A DNA stretch of 64,000 bases from a virus. Shown here one piece after another: positions 54,074 through 61,943 of the stretch. The translations under genes were made by a program, and so were the position numbers. Location: positions 1-64,000 of the IMG/VR virus record IMGVR_UViG_3300045391_000822. One strand, 5' to 3'. Each line of letters opens with the position of its first letter. Position 1 is the stretch's first letter. The notes under the pieces are model-generated. The model made no database searches. It saw nothing but the letters and a program-made list of their open reading frames with translations, and was not told the DNA's origin.

Positions 54074-54189
54074 GGTAGTGGCGTAGTTAGTCGGTTACTT
54101 CTTTGCAAGAGAATGCTAGGTTCGATTCCTGGTGCGGCCGGAAGGCTGTAGGCATGGCGCCAACTACCCGACAACGTTTGTTCCCTACC
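54074..54189 (+). ncRNA. Y RNA-like 6 (YrlA type, reduced D arm)
   Basis: TAGTGGCGTAG..GTTACTTC, TTGCAAG loop, T arm, tgcggcc-ggaa-ggctgta, TGTTCCCTA. Confidence 0.8.
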
Positions 54190-54372
54190 TACCCTGTCTC
54201 TGTTTCTGCCTGACGCAGAGATACGCGCTGTCAAGTTCTTGTAGACCCGGTGGGGCCGGCACCTATGAGGATTTGACAGCGCATCTTTTTGGGGTTGGTG
54301 AGGAAGTTGAACGTCTACGAACTACCGAAGTTCGTTCTTTCATCTGTCACTCTTCACTACAAAGGAGCCAAA

Positions 54373-55845
54373 ATGGCCCACCTCAACCGTAAAGCTGATC
54401 CGCATCGTAAAGCGGTAACCAAAGAATCTGTCCTTAACAATGCTCCGTTCGAGCAACTTTCCCGTGCAGTGATGACCTGCCTGCTGTGGGAAGGTACTGA
54501 AGACGAACGCATATCCAAGCTCGTTCCCAGCGTTCCGCTGGAAGATGTAGCGTACCTGGCACGGACGGCACATGAAGATATGAAGCTGCGCCATGTGCCG
54601 CTACTCCTGGCTCGGGAAATGGCGCGCCATCCAGGTCGTGTGGAAAATCCTTCCGTCATCGCGAACACGATTGAAGCGGTTATCAACCGTCCTGATTCAT
54701 TGACGGAATTCCTGGCTATCTATTGGAAGGATGGACGTCAGCCATTGTCAGGCCAGGTAAAGAAAGGTCTGGCTCGCGCATTTGCAAAATTCAGCGAGTA
54801 TCAACTAGCGAAGTACAATCGTGATCACGAAGTGAAGTTGCGCGACGTGCTCTTCCTTTCACATGCAAAGCCGAAAGACGTTGAACCTGGTTCTGCTTTG
54901 TGGAATAAGGATGCGCGTACCAACTACAAACCAAACAAGGGGTTTGTACGCGAGTTCACGAAAGGCGAACTCCTGTATGGTCGAGTAGTTCACGATCAGT
55001 TGGTTTCCCCAGAAACGTGGGAAAACAAGCTGTCACGCGGCAAAGACAAGAAAGAAACGTTTGCTGATTTGATGAAGAGTGGTAAGTTGGGAGGCCTGGC
55101 TTTCCTGCGTAACCTGCGCAATATCAAAGAAGCCGGCATATCTAAGGATGTGGTCAATAGCTATGCAGATGTAGCCAAGGTTGATGGAATCCTGCCTTTC
55201 CAGTTCATGTCTGCGCAACGTGCAGTTCCTGAATGGGAAGATGCCATCGAGAAGATGATGCTCCGCGCAGTGGAGAACATTCCCAAACTACCAGGACGCA
55301 CGGTGTTGGTTGTGGACTTGTCGGGTTCCATGAGAGCGCAGATGGCAGATAAGTCGGGATTGGAACGTACTGATGTAGCGGCAGCATTCAGTGTTCTGTG
55401 CCGTGAACTGTGCGAGAACATTGCAGTGTTTGCTACGGCAGGTAACGACCATAGCCGGAAGCACGCTACGATAACTGTTCCGCCGCGTCGTGGATTTGCT
55501 TTGGCAGAAAAGCTGCGTGTTGGTGGAGATCAAGAAATCTATCGTCGCATTGGCCAAGGCGGTATTTTCCTTAAGCAGGTTACGGAGTTCGTTTCTGGCA
55601 CCCTTGGTGATCAAGATGTCGAACGTTGTATCGTCATCACTGACGAACAGGATACGGATATCGACGGAACTTCTGCGAAAGCAAAGTTGATCGGTAAACA
55701 CAACTACATCGTCAACATCGCGACGAACGCTCGAGGTATCGGTTACGGACGTTTCACCCATATCAATGGATGGTCCGAAGCTGTACTGAAGTTCATCGCA
55801 GCCTATGAAGCGAACGAAGAAACGATGCACAAAGGTGCAGCTTAA
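54373..55845 (+). CDS. rsr: Ro60/Rsr TROVE-vWA RNA-binding protein
   Basis: EQLSRAVMTCLLWE, LRHVP, FSEYQLAKY, KLRDVLFLSHAKP, TWE, AFLRNLRN, VVDLSGSM (MIDAS), ITDEQ, GWSE; AAGGAG RBS. Confidence 0.92.
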   Translation: MAHLNRKADPHRKAVTKESVLNNAPFEQLSRAVMTCLLWEGTEDERISKLVPSVPLEDVAYLARTAHEDMKLRHVPLLLAREMARHPGRVENPSVIANTIEAVINRPDSLTEFLAIYWKDGRQPLSGQVKKGLARAFAKFSEYQLAKYNRDHEVKLRDVLFLSHAKPKDVEPGSALWNKDARTNYKPNKGFVREFTKGELLYGRVVHDQLVSPETWENKLSRGKDKKETFADLMKSGKLGGLAFLRNLRNIKEAGISKDVVNSYADVAKVDGILPFQFMSAQRAVPEWEDAIEKMMLRAVENIPKLPGRTVLVVDLSGSMRAQMADKSGLERTDVAAAFSVLCRELCENIAVFATAGNDHSRKHATITVPPRRGFALAEKLRVGGDQEIYRRIGQGGIFLKQVTEFVSGTLGDQDVERCIVITDEQDTDIDGTSAKAKLIGKHNYIVNIATNARGIGYGRFTHINGWSEAVLKFIAAYEANEETMHKGAA

Positions 55846-55864
55846 CTAGTTCGTAAATAGGATA

Positions 55865-55891
55865 GCGGGAGGCAAGAACATGCCTCCCGCT
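55865..55891 (+). terminator. hairpin after Ro60 gene
   Basis: agcgggaggca-agaaca-tgcctcccgct; no clear U tract. Confidence 0.4.
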
Positions 55892-55937
55892 CGTATGCGG
55901 CTCACGACCTGTAAAGAGCCAAGAATTCAAAACCCCT

Positions 55938-56387
55938 ATGAAAGATCCTAATGTAGTGGCAGTCCTAGGACTGTTGTTGGGACTCGGTGTGAAGCATCTC
56001 ATTGTGGACTTCGCATTGCAGCCACCGTACATGTACTTGAACAAAGGAAAATTTGGCCATCCTGGTGGCATCATACACTCGCTCCTACACGCTGCCTCTA
56101 CAATTGTTGTCATTGGTATTTGGTCCGTCGTTACCAAATACGGAATTGCAGGTGCTCATGCGTTGGTTAACATCGTGGTGCTTGAATTCTGGTGGCACTA
56201 CATGACAGACCTGACTAAGGTACGTCTGTGTCAACATTTCGGATGGAGAGCACTTCCTCCCAAGGGGAAGGAGCACGACGTACAAGAATTGGCTAAGTGT
56301 AATTGTTTCTGGATCGCACTAGGTGTTGATCAATTCTCCCATTTTACCAATTACCTGGTCATTGCTTTTGTGATGATGGCTATCTAA
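55938..56387 (+). CDS. DUF3307-like membrane protein
   Basis: KHLIVDFALQ, HSLLH, HYMTD, LGVDQFSH. Confidence 0.8.
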   Translation: MKDPNVVAVLGLLLGLGVKHLIVDFALQPPYMYLNKGKFGHPGGIIHSLLHAASTIVVIGIWSVVTKYGIAGAHALVNIVVLEFWWHYMTDLTKVRLCQHFGWRALPPKGKEHDVQELAKCNCFWIALGVDQFSHFTNYLVIAFVMMAI

Positions 56388-56396
56388 GGAACATCA

Positions 56397-56762
56397 ATGA
56401 AAGGTGCTGAACATATTGAATTCGAGTCCTATGCGGCTGCAAAGGAACGAACTGCTCATTCATTTGTAGATATGGAAACATTCCACGATGACCTACGCAG
56501 TCACACGCTGAATCACCATTTCAGTGGTATCAAGATTTTCATTCCTGAAGACGTATACGACACGCTGTACCGTACTCTCGTGGAGTCAGGAGAGGAAGAA
56601 GATTCTCGCGTGTCGTTGGATGAGCAGCAACAGGAAGATAATGAAGGGTATGTGTTCACTTATCGCAAGATGGCGGTGATCACGGATACTATTCTTGATA
56701 AATCACGGCGCTTCCTTCCTCCAGGAACCTATGTCGTGGCCTACTACCCCACCTCTAACTAG
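56397..56762 (+). CDS. hypothetical protein
   Basis: AAGGA RBS. Confidence 0.7.
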   Translation: MKGAEHIEFESYAAAKERTAHSFVDMETFHDDLRSHTLNHHFSGIKIFIPEDVYDTLYRTLVESGEEEDSRVSLDEQQQEDNEGYVFTYRKMAVITDTILDKSRRFLPPGTYVVAYYPTSN

Positions 56763-56771
56763 GAGACAACT

Positions 56772-57128
56772 ATGTCGAACTTAAGCACTGGTAGCGTTAA
56801 GAAAGCAGCAAGTATTGGTGAAGAAGATATTCAGTCCTTTGTAGCACGATCCATGGACTGTGTAGGGCCTATAAGCGGTACGATGCAGCAGATTCGGAAC
56901 ATGCAGGATCAAGTGGACATCTTTAATAACCTCTTGTTGAGTCTGAAGAACCGACTACACCCGGTAACTATACCGCCTATTACGGCAGAAGCTGGGATAG
57001 ATTCTACGGATAAGCAACTTCCCTATACGTCTTCGAGCCCTGTAGCCCGAGAGATCGAATCAACTGTTCGTGCTCAGAAGTTGCTTAATTCTGAGTTGCG
57101 GGATCTGCTCTCTATGCTGGAGATCTAA
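56772..57128 (+). CDS. helical hairpin protein
   Basis: AGGAG RBS; two coiled segments around LHPV. Confidence 0.7.
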   Translation: MSNLSTGSVKKAASIGEEDIQSFVARSMDCVGPISGTMQQIRNMQDQVDIFNNLLLSLKNRLHPVTIPPITAEAGIDSTDKQLPYTSSSPVAREIESTVRAQKLLNSELRDLLSMLEI

Positions 57129-57129
57129 A

Positions 57130-57438
57130 ATGGTACAGGTAGCTAGACGAGTTGATTTATCAGATTCCCAACAAGCTACAGAACAGAAAGTAGTAGGTTA
57201 TCTGGAGCGTGAACTCAACGAGGTTGATAGCCTAATCACCAAGTTGGTAGCTGCGGTCGATCATCATGAACAGGTATTGAATCCTGTTCTAGGATCGTTG
57301 GAAGAGGAGAAAGATACACCTCCGGAGCCAGAGATAGATCCAGACACATTGATAGGACAGAAACTGCTATCCGTTCGAGAAAGTCTAAGGTACGTAACGC
57401 AACGATTGTATAGCCTGACTGGTCGTACACGGGTTTAA
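57130..57438 (+). CDS. helical hairpin protein (probable paralog of upstream gene)
   Basis: GGAG RBS; two coiled segments around LNPV. Confidence 0.65.
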   Translation: MVQVARRVDLSDSQQATEQKVVGYLERELNEVDSLITKLVAAVDHHEQVLNPVLGSLEEEKDTPPEPEIDPDTLIGQKLLSVRESLRYVTQRLYSLTGRTRV

Positions 57439-57473
57439 AAATTATTTGGTTTCCTGCAGCAAGGAGTAAGATT

Positions 57474-58190
57474 ATGGCTTTGAAAGAGTTATCCATTTCG
57501 GAATTATTGGAACTTCCAGATCATGAACCCCTGTGGGTTCTGAATAATTCCATGAATGCAGTTGGTCGATATACGAGGATTACTCGTCCTTCAGATGTCC
57601 TGATAGATATCCGCAAGCCTATAACAGGGAAGCTTTTCCAGTCCCATGTTATGGATATTGTGAACGCCGTTTCAGACGCAATGGTTTTAGACGATACGGC
57701 AGCTATGAGTCACCGCGATAAGTTTCTTGAACCGATGAAACATGAACTTAGCGTTCAGCTAACGCGGGAGTTGAGACTTGAGAGCACACGGGCTACTACC
57801 ATTGTGGTACCTCATGACTACAGGGGATTCCCTTTTGACTGTGCGGTAGCTCTTCCTCGGCAAGACATCCTTGCTAACGGAAATTTCCGTGCAGCTCTTG
57901 AGAAGAAGCTGGTAATAGGTATTACGACTGAAGACGCAGAATGGTTAATCGCCTATCTGGAAACCTTTTACGAAGGGTTCGAGGAACCAGACCGCCACCG
58001 TGCATTTCAACATCTGTGCATGGGTGTAGAAAAGGACGAAACGAATTTGTCGAATACGTTGACCGTATGTCCTGTTGATCGTATTCGAGACATATTCGAC
58101 AACCGTGATCGAGAACTTGCGCGTCGGCGTGCATTGGCAGCACGTCCCTGGTACGTTAAGTTGTACTCATGGATCCGTGGAGGTGAGTAA
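57474..58190 (+). CDS. hypothetical protein (paralog pair 1)
   Basis: LSISEL...PLWVLNN. Confidence 0.75.
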   Translation: MALKELSISELLELPDHEPLWVLNNSMNAVGRYTRITRPSDVLIDIRKPITGKLFQSHVMDIVNAVSDAMVLDDTAAMSHRDKFLEPMKHELSVQLTRELRLESTRATTIVVPHDYRGFPFDCAVALPRQDILANGNFRAALEKKLVIGITTEDAEWLIAYLETFYEGFEEPDRHRAFQHLCMGVEKDETNLSNTLTVCPVDRIRDIFDNRDRELARRRALAARPWYVKLYSWIRGGE

Positions 58191-58987
58191 TGTACGAGAA
58201 CTCACTTTCTCTTGAAGAGATCAAGAATGGTAAAGGACCTCTGTGGGTGCTGAATAATACTAAGGCTGGAGGCGTAACCAGCCTTGGTGAAGTATTGGTA
58301 GAGATACGTACCAAGATTGCCAAGGTCAAGAGCAGCAAGCAACACGAAATTCATGATCTAGAAAATTGGATGAGATCACGTACCATAGGTGCGCCATTGA
58401 AATCGGCACAACCGATTGAAGAATTCTCTGTAGAGCATCTTCAATTACCAGCGACGTGGCTACCTATGTGCGTTACCAATGAATTTTCTCGCAAAGTTCT
58501 TCTGGAGTCAGAAGGATTTATTCACGCGCTAGAAGAAGGTATCTTGGTAGCTATCTCAGAAAAACTAGCATTGCGCTTGCTAGAAAATGAAGCAGCTCCT
58601 GAAGAGTTAGCACGGTTAGATAAGCAACGCGATGCACGAAGGTTTGTGGAAACAACGCAATTGGAGCTGGTACCATCAGGTTACGATATAGATCCAATGC
58701 TCAGTATCTGGCAGGAGCAGCTGATACAGTTTGTAGAGCCTAGCGTAGAAGGTGAAGGATATTTTCCACCTCCAATATTTGGAGAAAGCAAACCTCTGTC
58801 CAGTAATCCTGCCCGGATTGTGAGTAATAGTGACCTTGATACGTGTTGGGATATGTACGAAGGATGTTCTCGGGCAATCATTGATCCAGATATCTACCCA
58901 GATCAAAAACCTGAAATAGTTCCGACAGCAAAACCAAAAGAAAAATGGTTTTCATGGATCATAAGTGTACTCTTTGGACGTAAATAA
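58190..58987 (+). CDS. hypothetical protein (paralog pair 2)
   Basis: LSLEEI...PLWVLNN. Confidence 0.75.
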   Translation: MYENSLSLEEIKNGKGPLWVLNNTKAGGVTSLGEVLVEIRTKIAKVKSSKQHEIHDLENWMRSRTIGAPLKSAQPIEEFSVEHLQLPATWLPMCVTNEFSRKVLLESEGFIHALEEGILVAISEKLALRLLENEAAPEELARLDKQRDARRFVETTQLELVPSGYDIDPMLSIWQEQLIQFVEPSVEGEGYFPPPIFGESKPLSSNPARIVSNSDLDTCWDMYEGCSRAIIDPDIYPDQKPEIVPTAKPKEKWFSWIISVLFGRK

Positions 58988-59010
58988 GTAAGAGTGCAAT
59001 TTGATAGGAC

Positions 59011-59086
59011 GCTAGAGTGGCTCAGCGGCAACAGCACTCGCCTTGTAAGCGAGCAATCGTGGGTTCGAGTCCCACCTCTAGCACCA
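59011..59086 (+). tRNA. tRNA-Thr(TGT)
   Basis: loop CTTGTAA, CCA. Confidence 0.93.
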
Positions 59087-59108
59087 GCCCTAGCAATAAG
59101 GAAGATCC

Positions 59109-59369
59109 ATGGGAAGTATCATAGTCACTATCAAGGACTTGAAGATTGCGCTAAAGAATACAGCGAAGCGTGGTCGTGTTGTTGAACATACGCCAGGCCT
59201 ATTACTAATCAGCGTACCAAAAAGTAAGTTGGTAGAAGTAGAAGAGTATCTTAGGATGCATCTGCCTTACAGCGTCAGATTCGACCTCAAGCCTCTGAAG
59301 ATTTGGGATACGTTTTTCCTGTGGACAGTTAAGCATCGCAACATATCCACTTTCGGAGAAACGTTTTGA
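59109..59369 (+). CDS. hypothetical protein (paralog of 38111-38350)
   Basis: RVVEHTPGLLLISVP. Confidence 0.65.
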   Translation: MGSIIVTIKDLKIALKNTAKRGRVVEHTPGLLLISVPKSKLVEVEEYLRMHLPYSVRFDLKPLKIWDTFFLWTVKHRNISTFGETF

Positions 59370-59815
59370 ATCCTAAAACAAAGTTAACGCCTGAGTTAAT
59401 TGAGGACATGGTGGAGTCATTCACCTGGACGCTATTACCTAGTGGTAAGTCTATGGTGTGTGAAGCCATATTGAATAATGGTCACGCTGTTCATGGCATC
59501 GCAAGTGTTACCGATCCAGAAAACTTCAATGAAGAAATAGGAAAGGTAATCAGTAAGAAACGGTGTTTAGACGCTGTAGGTAATTTTGCTGCATATGAAA
59601 TGCACTCCAAGATTCGTCGAATTAAGATTGGCTTCGAGCCCAACACACTCGGTCTAAAACTAGAAAAATTACCATGCCAAAATGGATCTGTAGATTGTTT
59701 GGTCACAAATGGTACGGAGTCCCTTCGTGGGAGACCTGGCCTACCTACCGATATAGATGTGAACGCTGCTATTGTAGTAGAGTCGACGTCAACTAGTTCC
59801 AAGGATGTAGAATGA
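59366..59815 (+). CDS. N4 gp49/Sf6 gp66 family protein
   Basis: MVCEAILNNGHAVHGIASVTDPENFNEEIGKVIS. Confidence 0.75.
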   Translation: MNPKTKLTPELIEDMVESFTWTLLPSGKSMVCEAILNNGHAVHGIASVTDPENFNEEIGKVISKKRCLDAVGNFAAYEMHSKIRRIKIGFEPNTLGLKLEKLPCQNGSVDCLVTNGTESLRGRPGLPTDIDVNAAIVVESTSTSSKDVE

Positions 59816-60132
59816 GCATGAACATGGGTTACCTACGTAGCATCCGATCGATGCGTGCGGAAGTAGGAAACAAGTTGCTCCAAGGTTTAGTTCAGACAGC
59901 TCTAGAGCAGGTAGTTATTCCTGAAGGCTGGGTCATGCAACGTAACCCGTCATCAGTAATGTATGCAAATCGACAACATCGATTACCCCATATAAAGGCA
60001 TACTACGATAAATATCGCGTTGATGTTGATGTAGGCAGAGGCTGTGATGTGAAGAGTACGCGGCAAGAGTTTGATTCCGCAGAAGAGATGGCGAAATACG
60101 TACAATCGCAAATCTGGTCTTTTGCTCAGTAA
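59812..60132 (+). CDS. hypothetical protein
   Basis: ATGA overlap, last + strand gene. Confidence 0.65.
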   Translation: MSMNMGYLRSIRSMRAEVGNKLLQGLVQTALEQVVIPEGWVMQRNPSSVMYANRQHRLPHIKAYYDKYRVDVDVGRGCDVKSTRQEFDSAEEMAKYVQSQIWSFAQ

Positions 60133-60151
60133 TGAATTCCTTTAGTCCAAG

Positions 60152-60190
60152 AAGAAGGCCCTGTAGACTCAACATCTACAGGGCCTTCTT
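60152..60190. terminator. bidirectional terminator between convergent transcription units
   Basis: perfect 16-bp inverted repeat aagaaggccctgtaga/tctacagggccttctt. Confidence 0.75.
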
Positions 60191-60205
60191 GCGTTTTCGC
60201 CAGAA

Positions 60206-60970
60206 TTACATCGAGGCTGATTCGTTCGTGTATTTCACAAATGCGTCAGCGTAGGGCTTGTCATAGGAATACAGAGTGCGCCAGTATTCTGCGGCCTGCG
60301 CTACTTCACCAGAAGTTTGAACACGAGCCATCACCGCCTTGTGAATTTCCTTGTCGATGCTGACAGGAGTAAGGCTAGCGATTAGTTGGTTCGGAACAAC
60401 CACTGGACGTTGAGTAGCCATCGACATGATTTCGCACTTGGTATTGGAAGTGCGAGTCACGAAGCCGTAGTCCATGTTGCCATCAAGTCCGCAGTAGGCT
60501 GCGAATTCACCACGACCTGCCTTGGCAATAGTGATACGCGACAGCTTCGGAACGTCGGTACGCTGAAAGTTAGTGGTCGCCTCAATCAGCTCAGCGAGAT
60601 TCTCGTTTCCATGACGTGCCAGGTATTTTCCGCCAGGGCCGTCTTTAACTTCCCAGAGCGTACGGTCTTTGTTGTCCATCAAGATGTTGTTGGACATAAC
60701 CTTGTACTGGACACGAGCCATAACTTGGCCAGTCTTAGGATCCTTGGCTTCATTCAGTTCGCGGATTTCACGGTTCGCGCGAACGAAACCAACAGCGGTA
60801 TCCTTGGTGAGGCTGCGGAATGAATTCTCCACAGGCGTAGCCAGATACTTCATCTGTTCCGTCAACATGCCGGCCATGGTTTCGGTGCTCATTTCACCAG
60901 TCCATGCGACAATAACGCGAGCCAACGTGGGGGTAACAAGCTTGTGATCGGTAATGGTAATAGTTTGCAT
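60206..60970 (-). CDS. hypothetical protein, probably virion structural
   Basis: GAGGA RBS; downstream of tail genes. Confidence 0.7.
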   Translation of the reverse strand: MQTITITDHKLVTPTLARVIVAWTGEMSTETMAGMLTEQMKYLATPVENSFRSLTKDTAVGFVRANREIRELNEAKDPKTGQVMARVQYKVMSNNILMDNKDRTLWEVKDGPGGKYLARHGNENLAELIEATTNFQRTDVPKLSRITIAKAGRGEFAAYCGLDGNMDYGFVTRTSNTKCEIMSMATQRPVVVPNQLIASLTPVSIDKEIHKAVMARVQTSGEVAQAAEYWRTLYSYDKPYADAFVKYTNESASM

Positions 60971-61078
60971 GATATCCTCGATTCGATTGGGAACCTCAAA
61001 CGGTAGCGAATCTCTTTTAGAGAAAGGCCCTGCTAAGAAGCAGGTGCCGTGTACGCCATTAAATTAACGGGCGTGGAC

Positions 61079-61402
61079 TTATCCTTGTGCTGGACTGACT
61101 ACAATGGTTCCTTCAGGGCGACTAACAAAAACCTGAATCCCTTCTCCTACAAAGTACGCGCCACCTCCATTACTCTTTTTGTCAAAAGAAATATTCATCT
61201 TCTTGAGACAGTCACCCAAGGCGGATAGTTTGGCATCAAAAGTTTTACCTGGTACCCGTGAAAGATAGATAGAAGCTGCATAATCAGGGGAACTACTGGA
61301 AAACTGAGTACCAAAAGCGTCCTTTATTGCACGGGCTACGGAGCGGACATCTGTAGATGCTCGGATGGCAGTTGAAGATAGGATACGTTCTGCAAAATTC
61401 AT
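61079..61402 (-). CDS. hypothetical protein
   Basis: AAGGAG RBS. Confidence 0.7.
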   Translation of the reverse strand: MNFAERILSSTAIRASTDVRSVARAIKDAFGTQFSSSSPDYAASIYLSRVPGKTFDAKLSALGDCLKKMNISFDKKSNGGGAYFVGEGIQVFVSRPEGTIVVSPAQG

Positions 61403-61417
61403 AATTGTCTACTCCTT

Positions 61418-61924
61418 TTATACGGTTTGCCAATCGGTATATCGGAAACTAACTTGAAGATGAACCGCACCGTTCTGTGAACCGTCCAGCTGAACTTCTT
61501 GCATGTTTTCTGGCCACATGTTGTTGATCTGCGTGGTCGCGACAACAGTTGGAATATCATCATAGGTAACAGCTTGTGCGGTAACCCAATATCCAGTGCT
61601 GAACGAACCAGAATTATTACGCCAGGAACGAGCTGACTCAATCCAGCGACGAAACTTCTCTCGTGTACTCCAGTCATGCGTTTCCAAGAACGTTACGTTC
61701 AAGGTCTGCGTGAACATACGACGACCAGCATACGGGATCTGTACACCGTGTAATGCAACGTCGACAGGTTCAAGTTGCGTACCAGGAAGGTCCATGGACT
61801 GGCATTTGAACGTCAGGTCGCGAGTATCAGACGATCCAGGAATCACAGGAAGGAACAGGTCGAAGTTCCAAATGTGCGCTGGGTCGCCAACACTCAGGGT
61901 ATCTTGAAGGCTTGAACGAGCCAT
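61418..61924 (-). CDS. tail tube protein (T4 gp19-like)
   Basis: DP...F, C.S.DLPG, YAGR, LNVTFLE, WP, LD, VSFRY pattern; near sheath gene. Confidence 0.75.
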   Translation of the reverse strand: MARSSLQDTLSVGDPAHIWNFDLFLPVIPGSSDTRDLTFKCQSMDLPGTQLEPVDVALHGVQIPYAGRRMFTQTLNVTFLETHDWSTREKFRRWIESARSWRNNSGSFSTGYWVTAQAVTYDDIPTVVATTQINNMWPENMQEVQLDGSQNGAVHLQVSFRYTDWQTV

Positions 61925-61943
61925 GATGTGCTCCTGTGTTGAA

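Noticed and set aside
53158-54189. Calling the GGTTCGA-containing units extra tRNAs or pseudo-tRNAs
   Set aside because: T arm precedes D arm or the acceptor is replaced, there is no CCA, and shared Ro-type end motifs explain them as Y RNA-like.
53033-54189. CRISPR array (repeated GTGGCGTAG / TGTTCCC)
   Set aside because: Repeats are short, degenerate, paired 5'/3' ends with irregular structured interiors; no cas genes.
404-59802. Numerous minus-strand and alternate-frame ORFs in the track (e.g. 4454-5125, 12538-13158, 35178-36188)
   Set aside because: They shadow well-supported + strand genes or RNA genes, lack RBS and motifs, and reflect codon bias or low complexity.
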